A stretch of 64,000 nucleotides of DNA, taken from Trichosphaerium sp. ATCC 40318 (taxonomy: Eukaryota; Protista; Tubulinea). The notes under the pieces are model-generated. The model made no database searches, was not told the origin of the DNA, and worked only from the letters and a program-made list of their open reading frames with translations. Within the stretch, counting starts at the first letter, position 1. The number at the start of each line of letters is the position of its first letter. A program made the translations under genes and the position numbers. Below, piece by piece: positions 27,588 through 39,176 of this stretch. Where the stretch lies: the NCBI GenBank assembly GCA_038496445.1, contig JALMLS010000322.1, positions 1,118,366-1,182,365 of the forward strand, read 5' to 3'.

Positions 27588-27691
27588 GGTATAAAGTGTA
27601 AACTAATGTTATTTTGAAGAATTTTTCAGTGGCGGACACAAGGACGAGTCAATACAAGTATTACATTCCAGGTCAGCACTTAAAACACGCC

Positions 27692-28502
27692 ATGTCCGAC
27701 AATTTGCGGTCCTTCAAGTGTATTGATCTCCCAGAGGAAGTGGACGAAGATGCCATTAGTGTAAGTTTTACAGAACGCATTGCTGATGCAAAATGTTACG
27801 TGAGACGTATTATAAATACTTACGCATACTACAGCAATACTTTTCACAGCATGGAGATGTAGAAGACGTCAAAATAGAGATCGCTGAGGACGACACGCTT
27901 GTGGCAACGGTATACCACGGTTTTATAGGCTTTATCGTGAAAAAAACTTGTAGGTGCGTATGGGGAGACCAGAGCAAGCTCTTGCTATGCTTGAAGCTGG
28001 ATCACATGTTATTTCTGGCGTAACAATCGCAATGGAGGAGATGGAAACAGATGACGGCGAAGATACATTCATGACAGTTGTATGTCATCCTGGTTTTTTT
28101 TATGTTATTATTTACCATCTACCACACCTTTTATCTTTGTAATGTTTGCACAGGTGGCTCAAGGCGTTAACGCTTCCATTGCCACTTTCAATTTGAAGGG
28201 AGAGGATCACACTTTGGGCAACACAGTCCGTTATATGCTCAATAAAAAGTACGTTACATCCACAAAGCGGTTGGGTACAAACTAAGAGTGAGCGTAGTCC
28301 CAATGTAGAGTTTGCTGGTTACTCCATTCCTCACCCGTACTCCAATTTGTTGAAGATTCGCGTTCAGACGAAACTAGGAGAAGCTGCTGTAGAATCGCTG
28401 AAGCAGTCATTGCGTGATTTGACAGACATGACCAACCACATACTGGACACCTTTACACAACAAGTCGATCAATACCAGGAGAGCAATATGGACATGTCCT
28501 AA
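27692..28502 (+). CDS. POLR1D: RNA polymerase I/III subunit RPAC2 (AC19/POLR1D) with N-terminal RRM-like domain
   Basis: ATFNLKGEDHTLGNTVRYML..PNVEFAGYSIPHP..KIRVQT; upstream exons LPEEVDEDAISQYFSQHGDVEDVKI splice in frame via four GT-AG introns. Confidence 0.85.
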
Positions 28503-28718
28503 GCGCCAATAGCTCAGTCGCTGCTGTCCTAATAGTACAAAGTTGCACTAATCTAAAATTTCTGTGGCTTGCCTTGGCCTGTTTGCCCTTCCATTTTTTC
28601 ACGTGAGAACATCAACCAATCCTTGTAAATTGTACAAATAGATCATTCCATGTGGGTTGAGCCAGTCGTTGTTGCTTAAGGCCGGTTTGTTCTTCATTAA
28701 GCTCAAAAACGTCTCGCT

Positions 28719-29049
28719 ATGGCCAATCAAGACTATACCCAACCTACCGCCTGCGCTGAGGCTAAAAATGCGCACAATGAGTGTTTTTTCGCTTGGTTAC
28801 AGGACGATTTCCTAGCTAATCCTGCAGGGCGTACAACGGTGAAAAACAATTGCGATGCGCTTTGGCAAACGTATCAGGACTGTTTAAAAGTGCGTGTAGC
28901 AATTTTTACACGTTTTGACGTGAATTTAGCTCAAACTGGGTGCTATTGGCCTGAAAGATATTACGCGTATGCCAGGTGCAATACAAGGAGACTTAGATGG
29001 TTGGGTAGCTGAACTTGAGTCATGGGGTGATGGGGACATTTCAAAATGA
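28719..29049 (+). CDS. MDM35: Mdm35/TRIAP1-like twin-CX9C mitochondrial intermembrane protein
   Basis: CAEAKNAHNECFFAWLQDDFL...CDALWQTYQDCLK; one intron ~28890-28929. Confidence 0.8.
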
Positions 29050-29550
29050 AGGGAAAAATTATATTAAAGAAAATGTATTACAGTTTGTTTTGCATGGTGT
29101 AAAGTTAATACACAGATGTACAGAAGTTTTAGTAAAAAGTGCAAACCAACATATTTGTTTCATTAAAGTTGGCAAAACCTGAAAAATACCCAAACCCAAT
29201 AATTTATCATTTGACAATACATTATTTTGACTAATATAAACAAAAATAAGTTTACAATAAAACTAGTACTTAATGCCACGATAACCAGCAGGGTCTACTG
29301 TCTCTTAAAAATAGAAAATGTCAGTAGACTATCAGCAGACATTTTAAATACCTTTAAAATGGTATACAACAAATACAAAAGTACTCTCATGCTCAGCTAT
29401 GTGATTTTTTTTAGTGAAGTCTGTTATTAACAACACTTCATTTGCTGAAATTGTCTTTTTGCTGTTTAAACTCGTTTATTTTAGTTGTTGCTTTTGTAAC
29501 ATGATCCTCATATGTACTAAGCTTGGCTTCTCAAATCATTTTTTTTTTTA

Positions 29551-29659
29551 TTTTATTTTTTACAAGCTAGGAGCAGCTACATGCTATTGATGATGCAGCT
29601 GTCACACGAGTGCTTGGCACATCTTCTTGGTGGAGGGTGGGCAACCACATCAAAATCAT
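29551..29659 (+). repeat. ~110-bp dispersed repeat, copy A (inverted copy at 31995-32103)
   Basis: tacaagctaggagcagctacatgctattgatgatgcagctg...gcaaccacatcaaaatcat matches the reverse complement of 31995-32103 with few mismatches. Confidence 0.9.
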
Positions 29660-29938
29660 ATTAGGTGGTGATTAAGCCTTGATCAAACCAGTTAAGTTTC
29701 TGGTCACCCAATATCAAAAATCTTATCGATTGGCCAATCAACTGTTCCCCATTGCTTTCTTCTGTACCCTGTGGAGGCCAGGTCATTCCTGACTTCTCAA
29801 ATCATGAACTTTGGCAAGAGCTTTTGGGCAGACTAGTGTTGGTTTTTTGTTTTTCATTTCTTGTTTTATGTAATAAATTTGCCATTTAATCTCCAAGCAC
29901 TTGATGCAGTGAGGACAGGCAAAATTATCAAACTTACA

Positions 29939-31169
29939 CAGTACTGGAATCGGGATTTTGACCCATACAAAACCCGTATGGAACCTGTACTTTTGACCTG
30001 TACTTAACCTGTACAGGTTCTGTACTTTTGACCCATACAAAACCTGTATGTGACCTGTACTTTTGACCTGTACTTAACCTGTACGGGTTCCGTATTGTTG
30101 ATCAGTACTTTACCCATATGGGTTATGTATGGGATCTGTACAGGTAGAGTACAATTAAATAATATGAAAAATTGTAATTATTGGATACAGAACATACTCC
30201 TCTTTTTTCCATACAATGTATGTACACATATATCACATGTGTGTCAAAACCACAACCATCAGTATACACTTGCAATCAAAAAAAAAATTTGGCCATCAAA
30301 TTTTGTTTGGATTTGGTGATCAAAAAATCCAAAAAAAAATTACTGCAATTAAATGGCAGCTTGTAATCGTAAGGTACAAAAACATGTATTATTAATAGAT
30401 GAGGGTGTTTTAAAGTTATTAGGGCATTTATTTAAAAAGTAGAGGAGAAAACTTAATAAAGTGCAAAATGTAGCTTTTTGCTGAATTTTGAATAACTTTG
30501 GTCTGACTGTATGAACTGCTCAGAAAATGTAGCATTAGGTATATTTAGGTACGATGCATGGTTTCATGGTGGTTTGGGGATCAACTCACCATTTTTAGGC
30601 AAAAATGACAGAAAATATATATTTGGAGTAGTTTAAGGATATTATGGCCTAATAGCTCTATTAAACCACTTTTTAAAGGTGATTATGGGTTTCAAGCATT
30701 TTTCTGAAATAGTTGTTAAGTTGTGGATATTAAGTTGGGTTTTAGGACAATTAAGGCATGATGTCTAAAATATCTCCTCAAACAGGTCAAAAACATGGTT
30801 GTTTAGTGGTAATGGGGTTGTAATGTAATGTAATGTATTGTAATGTGTTGTAATGTAAATGTACTTGTAATAGTTAAGAAAACAATAAACCAATCCATCA
30901 TTTTTACTATTTTGTGTACACAATTATAACTGCTGACACATATTTTGACCCGTACCTAACCCGTACGGGTTCCATACTTTTGACCCATACAAAACCCATA
31001 CGGAACCCATACTTTTGACCTGTACTCAACCTGTATGGGTTCCATACTTTTGACCGGATTAAACCCGTATGTAACCTGTACTTTTGACCTGTACAAAACC
31101 TGTATGGGATCTGTACTTTTTGACCTATACTCTACCTGTACATTATCCATACTCCTGATTTTACTACTG
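29939..31169. mobile_element. non-autonomous TIR DNA transposon-like element (~1.23 kb) with subterminal repeat arrays
   Basis: Imperfect TIR CAGTACTGGAATCGGGA / (rc) CAGTAGTAAAATCAGGA; arrays of TTTTGACC(C/T)RTAC units at ~29955-30100 and ~30945-31140; no coding capacity. Confidence 0.6.
30818..30871 (+). repeat. degenerate (TGTAA)n microsatellite
   Basis: ttgtaatgtaatgtaatgtattgtaatgtgttgtaatgtaaatgt. Confidence 0.8.
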
Positions 31170-31994
31170 CATCACTTAATGCCTGTGTTGTAGGTGAGAA
31201 TTGCAATAAAAACTAAAACTCAAAAGTATCAACAGCTAATTTTATTTTATGAAATACACTTGAACAACAAGCAAAAAAATCATTTGCTTCATACCAAGCA
31301 TGTAAGCCTTCCACATATTGTTGGGCATTCATCTTTGCAAAATTGCATGATGTCACCAAAAACTACATGCGCGTGTTGTATTTTAGATTTAATGGTGACG
31401 TTTTGTGATTCCTTGCTCTTTGAATGGTCCATGTTGAGCATGCAAGTTTTTATTGTTAATGTTAGGCCAACACCTTTACCAATAAGCTAATTACATACCT
31501 AAGTGACATTGGATGTTGAAAGACCATTAACAAGCTTTTTACACATTTTTGTGTTATAAGACTTCATTTAGATCTGTTTTTGATCATTTGTTTTAGATTT
31601 TTAACCAAAGTCACTTCAGTATTTTGTATTCTCTTTTTGAATACAACTGGGTATCATTTATGGGGATAGTTTTATGTAAAGTTTACTTAATACACTTAAA
31701 GTACCCCCATTAGTGAAACTTAATGACAATACTAAAACTGTAATGAGTAGTAAAAAACCAGTTTTGTGTAGTCACAAGGTGGAAATCTTTGATACCAGCT
31801 CAAAGATTTCCTAAAAAACTCAGGTTAATTGCAGCTCACATGGGCTTTGCTGTTGCCTTAAGGTGCTTTAGTATGCTGCCAATGGTAAGTAATAGTGATA
31901 ATTATTGCATTAAGTGAGTGCTTTAACAGTAAGATTGCCCTATAGAAGCCCCATTGCTTTTTTCTGTACCTTGTGGAGGCCAGGTCATTCTTGG

Positions 31995-32103
31995 ATGATT
32001 TTGATGTGGTTGCCCACCCTCCACCAAAAAGATGTGCCAAGCACTCATGCAACAGCTGCATCATCAATAGCATGTAGCTGCTCCTAGCTTGTAAAAAATA
32101 AAA
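31995..32103 (-). repeat. ~110-bp dispersed repeat, copy B (inverted relative to 29551-29659)
   Basis: Direct sequence comparison. Confidence 0.9.
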
Positions 32104-32137
32104 AAAAAAACTTTATGAAAAAAAGAAGTTGTGTAAA

Positions 32138-33186
32138 CAGTGGCATTGGACAGAATGCGAATCACATGTTTTGGGCACGTTTTGGGCACGTTTATTTTCC
32201 ACGCAAAAGACACATTTTGGACACGTTTTGGGCACGTTTTTTTTCCACACAAAAGGCACATTTCTCTTCCACATGCTGGCCACGCAAATCACACATTTTG
32301 GACACATTTTGAGCACATTTATTATCTACGTTTTGGGCACGTTTTGGGCACGCATATTTGCCACGCATATCGCACATTTTGGGCACGCATAAAACACCAC
32401 TTTATAGAGGAAAAGAAAATAACAGTTTATTATGATACATAACACATAACGATTACAAAGAGGTTTGGTACAATTATTACAGACTTTACATAAAACTATC
32501 CCCACATAAACAATACCCAGTTTATATCAACCAACTTCATGTTTTTGCCATTTTACCTGCTTTTTTTGCTAATCCTGCCTTATTGTAAATACTTAAGCAA
32601 GAACTTACCTAATTAGGCAAAAATTCTCAAATCTAATAATAGTCTTTAAAAAGGGGTTTAATGGAGTTATTGAGCCATAATATCCTTAATCTACCCTAAA
32701 TATCTATTTTCTATCGTTTTTGCCTTAAAAAAAGGCACCAAACCCCAAACCACCATGAAACCATGCATCATACCTAATAGTGGGCCATACTTCGTTTTTT
32801 AAAGGATTCATACTAGTAGACCTGAGTTATTCATGAAAAATAGGAAAATCAAGCAATTGTTGGTTTTTGGGTATTTTTAGATTTTTTCGCCTACTTTTAG
32901 AGCCATGCCGATACAAACCTAACTATTGCTTACTTGGGTGAAAATACATGTTTTATTGTTGACGATCGGAGGTGATCGGCTTTGGGGTGAGATGGTTGAG
33001 TTTTGAGTTTGTCAATTTTTTTATTTTGAATTTTTCTCCAATTTCTATTAAGGACAGGTAATGGTTAAAACACGCAAATGGCACGTTTTGGGCACGTTTA
33101 TTGCAAATATACAACACGCAAATGGCACGTTTATTTTCCACACAAATGGCACGTTTTAAGCACGCGTATTTTGTCCGACTCCACTG
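32138..33186. mobile_element. second non-autonomous TIR element (~1.05 kb) with CACGTTTTGGGCACG subterminal arrays
   Basis: TIR CAGTGGCATTGGACAGAATGCG / (rc) CAGTGGAGTCGGACAAAATACG (17/22); arrays at ~32164-32390 and ~33070-33165; no clear TSD. Confidence 0.6.
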
Positions 33187-33530
33187 CTATTGGAAATCAA
33201 CTAACTGGCTATCAGACTTTAAAAACTCCTGGAAAGACTGGGGTGCTGGTTTACCTCCTCCACCTGAGCCTCCTCCATTACCAACCTCATCTTTTACAAA
33301 TACTCACACTAATAGTATCATATCTGCTACACCAATCTTTCCTGTAACTCTCAGATCCACCAGAAAAAGGTATAAATATTACTCAGACTATGAAAGTTCA
33401 GATGGTGATAGCTCTGAGGAATGGGATTTAAACCATTTATTCTAACATTGTAACACTTGTACTAAAATTGCATGTGTGGTTATTGTTGTCCACAGCACAA
33501 TAAACCCACCAAAATTAAAAAAAAAAAAAA
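33187..33530 (+). mobile_element. possible 3' fragment of a retroposed sequence / non-LTR element
   Basis: Open frame ending ...PPPPEPPP...EEWDLNHLF* (33445), AATAAA at ~33499, A14 tract ending 33530. Confidence 0.35.
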
Positions 33531-34491
33531 TAGTTGAGTCTTGCCTACTTGATCTATTAGTGGATGGTGGAGTTAGTGAGCTAATCTGTTTGTTAACATA
33601 AGTATACATCATATTCATGAGTTTGTGTTATTGAGTTATACTGCATTGTATCTTGTTTGTGAGGCCTTTTAAACACTTTTTTAATGCTGCATAAATGATC
33701 AAGCTTCAATCTAAAGTTGATAATTTTTAAGGACTTTGTAGAAAAAAAGAAAATAACAATTTCTTACAATACATATCACATAACAATTCTAAAAAGGTTT
33801 GATACAATCATTACAGGGGCAGTCTCAGCCTTAATTCAACTTTTTCCTGTTCTATGAGTGATAAAAGTAGATTTATTGGTTATAGCCTCTTCCCATATAA
33901 TTACATATTTTGGTATGCCTACAATGCACAAATAAGGCCTCAAACTCAAAAAAATTGTTTATTTTATATTTCTCCTACCAACACCTACCAGACTGTAATT
34001 ACTATAAATTAGCTTTACACATCACATACTTTTGCACATTTGCAGCAAATGATAACTTTGGATGAAAAAGGTAGAATTCAGATAATGTTTCTACTTTTGC
34101 CTAAAACTCCCTGGTTCATGTTAAAATAGTAATGTAAAGCCCTATTTAAGTGTTTTTGGTGAATTCATTACTTGAATTCACTTATTTACACTTTAAAACA
34201 CTGTGTAATGAATAACAGAAACTGTTTTACATTCTGAAGTGGCTATCTATTTTTTTAGTGTCTTTTTTGGTGTGATCCTTGAAGTCATTATTTTTTTTCT
34301 TTGCATTGTCAGTCTTTGTGTATGCTCTCACTTATCTACAAAACTGTTATCAACATTTTGCCTTCTAAACATTAACTAAAAGCATGTACAAGGCACATAC
34401 TGGTACACATACAAAGCCATATTTCATCTATATTGAACTCTTTTTTGCCAATTTAAGGCCAACTGACTACAAAAACAATCTGAGATTTATT

Positions 34492-35709
34492 TCACAATTG
34501 TATTATCATGACAGTTACATTATCTGTGCTTCCGCCCTTTATAGCCCCAACTAACAATAACTTGGCTTGTACAGTTGTATTGCTCTAATTCAAAATAAGT
34601 ACAACCCTTGTGCAACCAGCATACCTCATCTTTGATTATGTCAACTGCTGCTTGTGGTTCAATAACATCCCATACCTAATACCCACATGAGCTATCAATG
34701 GCTTTGTTACAAAAAGCATCATACACCATCACAAGCCAGTATCACATGTGTGTCCCTGGCAGTCAGTACAGTGCGCACAAAATGAGGTTCATTTGTTATG
34801 TATTTACTGGACTTCATGTGCATATCACCTACCATACATTATTTGAATACTGCACAATAATGTTTCCAGATAACGTACCCAATGACCGTGTGATTGCCAA
34901 CATGCCATTGACACGCCCATTTTTTACAAATCCGCCAACATCAGTAACACGCTTTGCTTCCTCGGGATCACTAGCAGCGTGGTCCTTACACTTTATAAGC
35001 AACATGATAAGCCGTGAAAGCAACCAACCTTTGTGAGCACATTTGCCTTGCCATCTGATACCAGAATCGCACGTGAGTCGCCAACATTAGCCACATAAAG
35101 TACCTGCAAGTAATTGCATTAGCCAAATTCTTCTTGATAACATGTGTGCTGAAGGGTTGAAAACAACTGAAAAAACAAAAAAAACAAAAAAAAAAAACGT
35201 TTAAATCCACCCGTTAAATCGTACCCTGTCATCTCCTTCCTTTTTAAGTATGGCACTAACAACGCAAGCCCCAGCGGCTGGCACAGTCGGCTTCATCGCA
35301 GCGTCACATTTCTGGAAAGCACTCCAAAATGTGTCTTTAGTAATATTTCCCTTTGCCACCTCTTCTAGGATGTGCTATAGCGCGTTGGTCTAGCAAACGA
35401 CAGATCGGTTACATACCTCGTGTAAATGGCTTTGGCAAAATAATGACGCGCCCTTGCCTCCATGACCATCGTGAACCTACTACATTTAACATCATCTTCA
35501 GTAGACGTCAAACAAGGTACAGCAAAGTAACCAGTAGTGTTTTCCCCACCAAACTTATCAATTATCGTGTGAGTATCCTAGTACGTATTAGGGACGCTAT
35601 TCAGAGCAATAAATAAATAACGTGCCTCCATTTTGCGCCTGTGCCTAGAATTTCTATCTGCAACGACGCCCACGGCTTTAACAGAAGTGTAGGATGCCTT
35701 TGTAGCCAT
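34492..35709 (-). CDS. protein phosphatase 2C (PPM family)
   Basis: RRKMEDTH; YDGHG; LYVANVGDSRA; DHAASDPEEAKRV..GGFVKNGRVNGMLAITRSLG; LVMVYDAF/DG..WDV region; GSTDNVTVMII. Confidence 0.9.
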
Positions 35710-35817
35710 TGTTGCGCACTCAGAGGGCTGTTTAGTGGTTTTTGAACGGTCCGGACTTTTGAGCAACTCGAAAAAAACGCAGACGTACAAATTCCTAAGT
35801 TATCAAGTGCACCTGTA

Positions 35818-36315
35818 ATGCTCGGTAAATTGCTACTATACGTAGCAGCGGCAGTGTTGCTACATGTGACATACGTAGCGTCACTGAGTATGTACAAAAT
35901 TACTTAACGTTTCTAACGATGTCTTTGCGTTAGGACAGACTAATTTACGCCAAGCCAATGAGAATTTTACGCCAACAACGCAGGTGAGTAGCTACACGTA
36001 GCTAAAGCATAATAATATGACGTAGATTGTGATAGAATGCGCTGGCGTACTTCTAATGGCAGCGTGGGGGTCAGCCATGCTCTATTCCGATATGAAGCCA
36101 ATCAAAGCCTCTAGAGTAAACGCAAACATGTACGTAACACCATTGTAGCGTGTAATGGTAATGACATTGCAAAACTGGACTAATCCAATCAAAATCGTCG
36201 TGTATATGTACTAACACACTACTCTAGACCGTACAATTCGTTCTTGCACAGCAAAAGTTTTATGACATTTAATCACAGAGGGAAACAATTATTTTCAAAA
36301 TTGAACAAGCAATAA
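35818..36315 (+). CDS. EMC5: ER membrane complex subunit 5 / MMGT1
   Basis: Not in the ORF track; spliced product MLGKLLLYVAAAVLLHVTYVASL..IVIECAGVLLMAAWGSA..MKPI..SFMTFNHRGK matches the MMgT family (two TM segments, FNHRG). Confidence 0.8.
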
Positions 36316-36392
36316 ACGTTCATGTACACATGTAATTGCGTTGACGCTTTAACCTGCCAAGTTTTTAGTCAACACTTTTTTTAATTTCACAA

Positions 36393-36907
36393 ATGTTACA
36401 ATCATTCAGCCGCACAGCTTACCTGGCCAGAGGAATCAACACTACGTCTTCCATCCGCTCAGTAAAGACATTTAACCCACAACACATCTATTCGAAGCCT
36501 ACAAAACGCGCAGGCCGTGTACTAAGGTCCCGCGTGCGCAATCAGGCACAAGAACATGGTGTTAACCCAAACATGTGCAATAGGCACATAAAAGAACATT
36601 TAATGAAGCTAGGTGAGTAGGCGTGCGTTTTTAAGCGTACCATGGTACTTTTTGTCTTACATCACTAACAAGCGTAGGTGTGCAAGGTTTTAACCCATCC
36701 AAGAAGGTAAAGCAAGAGATGGAGTGGGAAAAACAAGGCTACGATGTTGACTTTCGCTCCAGTAAGGAACTGCGTAGCGACCCTGAATTCATGGAAGATA
36801 TTGAACGACAAGCAGAAGCAGAGATGATAGAGCAATTGAAGAGCTCAACTACAGCCAAGATAAAAAAGAACAAAAACCAACAAAGACGATTGCAGGACGA
36901 CGTTTAA
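36393..36907 (+). CDS. small, probably mitochondrial protein (weak resemblance to mitoribosomal mS33)
   Basis: N-terminal R/S-rich targeting-like peptide; two exons joined by intron ~36613-36677; TFNP..RAGRVLRSR. Confidence 0.55.
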
Positions 36908-37108
36908 AAGGCTTTAAAACATGCATGTCACAAAACAAACATTTGTATAAATTGAATTGATAAAAACGTGGATAGGACTATGCGATGTAAGCAGGTGGTG
37001 TTTTTTGACAGTTACATTTCTGTTATTTCAAAACAAAATGATCATAATTGCGAAATTGCCTCATATTTCCGTTAAGGCCTACATTGGCATTAAAAAAACA
37101 GTGACACT

Positions 37109-39117
37109 ATGTTGAAAGTACTCGGAACATCTCGTACACTCTCGTCTCCGCGTGTAGCTGGAGCGAACAGCCGCATTTCAACTAAAACGACCCATAAACG
37201 TGCAGTTTACGTTCGACAACGCACTAGAGGTGTTGCAACGTTCGAAGGTTAGTAATTGTAGCTAATCACGTATAAACCTTACTGTAGCGGATATTGCGTT
37301 GAATGAGGACCAAATAGAGGTGTTTGAAACAGCTAGAACATTCGCGCAAGAACAAATGGCTCCACACGCCGCAGAGTGGGACGAAAAGCAGATATTTCCA
37401 GGTACAAGAAGTATTCACCAGCTAAAACAAAATCAAATGTCATCTCAAGTCCAAAACATCGCCAAGGGCATAAACTTACACGAGAGTAGTTGATACGCTC
37501 AGGCAAGCCGCTGAACTGGGTTTGGGAGGAATTTATGTGTCTGATGGAGATTTGGGTGGCAGTGAAATGACAAGATTGGATGCCGCCATTGTATTCGAAA
37601 CGCTCTCAACCGCTTGCGTATCGACAACCGCCTACCTTTCAATACACAAGTACGTCTCAGCTCGTGCCACACTATGCGTGTGGTGACAAACATGGCATTA
37701 ATGTGATGATACAACAACATGATGATGCAACAACCATAGCATATTAGTGTCATGATCCATTTTAAACTTGTAAACACATGTGGCGCTGTTTGACTGTTTG
37801 TAGCATGTGCGCTGGCATGGTAGACAAGTACGGCACACAGAAGCAAAAGGAACAATTTCTACCAGGTATTTTGTACTTTTTGTTTATTAACCCAATTTTT
37901 AGACTCTTTTGTTTATTAAACCAATTATGTCAAAGCCTAACTACCTTAAGGCCTTTGCAGCATGGAAAAACTTGCATCATATTGCCTCACTGAACCAAAC
38001 GCTGGGTCAGACGCTGCAGCGTTACGCACACAAGCAAAGGAATCTGGCGGTGATTGGATTCTAAATGGGGAAAAGGTAAGTTATCTCTCGCGATCACAAA
38101 CACACTTGACAACAACCGCAGCTTTTCCAAAGTATTCACCATCAATGTGTAGGCTTTTATCAGTGGTGCTGGGTCAAGTGACGTGTACCTTATAATGGCA
38201 CGAACAGGAGAAGCTGGTATGCCAAAAACTGTACAATCCTGAGGAAAAAGAAGCCTAATCCTTTTTTGTTTATCATTAGGTCCAAAAGGTATTTCTTGTT
38301 TTATCGTACCGAAAGATGCACCTGGCCTCTCTTTTGGGAAGAAAGAAGCCAAGGCAAGTTGAGATTAAGATTTAGTGACGAAAATAAATGAATTTGACTA
38401 GCTTGGGTGGAATTCACAACCAACTCGCCAAGTCGTCATGCAAGACTGTAAAATTCCAAAGGAAAATATGTTGGGTAAACCAGGCCAAGGCTTCGAAATA
38501 GCGATGGTTGGCCTTGATGGTGGCAGGATCAATATTGGCACGTTGTCACATGCTTTACAATACCCTTCCAGTTTGCTAACAGCCTCAATGCAGCGGCATG
38601 CTCAGTAGGTGGTGCTCACGCCTGTCTCAAACTAGCCAAAGAACACGCCACTGTGCGCAAAGCGTTTGGTAAACCACTATCCTCACTACAAAGCATTCAA
38701 TTCAAGTTGGCTGACATGGCGACAGACATTTATGCGTCCAGAATGCTGGTGCGTTGTATTTGAGTAGTGCTTTCTTATCTCATAACAACATTTCAAAAGG
38801 TGCGTAATGCGGCCAAGCTCATGGATGCGAACGACCCGAGTTTAACGGTAGGCGCTGCAATGGCAAAACAGTTTGCAACTGATAGGTGTTTCAATGTACG
38901 TAGAGAGAATTAGACTCGCTTCGAGTAAATGATGTAACAAATGCCTTGATAGGTTTGCAATGATGCACTTCAAGTTTTTGGAGGCTACGGTTATCTCAAA
39001 GAGTACCCCATTGAACGGTATGTGCGTGATTTGCGTGTACATCAAATTTTAGAAGGTACAAACGAGATTATGCGTGTCATAATATCCCGCAAATTGCTAA
39101 GTCACGACTTTCAATAA
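37109..39117 (+). CDS. ACAD8: isobutyryl-CoA dehydrogenase (acyl-CoA dehydrogenase 8)
   Basis: [15 protein letters not shown]; AFISGAG; [11 protein letters not shown]; [15 protein letters not shown]; [10 protein letters not shown]; [13 protein letters not shown]. Confidence 0.93.
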
Positions 39118-39176
39118 AAATATCTTGTACACAATGTTGGGTTGCCATTACAAAAAAAAAACTTGAGTGCAACCTT

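Noticed and set aside
29955-31140. Regularly spaced, partly palindromic repeats resembling a CRISPR array or iterons
   Set aside because: No unique spacers, units are degenerate and abutting, no cas genes, eukaryotic context; better explained as subterminal transposon repeats
31200-31620. Possible decayed transposase/coding remnant on the minus strand
   Set aside because: Short interrupted frames with no motif I can identify; needs tBLASTx
32113-32442. Several overlapping Cys/His-rich ORFs in the ORF track
   Set aside because: Translations of the CACGTTTTGGG tandem repeat; open in many frames with no protein signal
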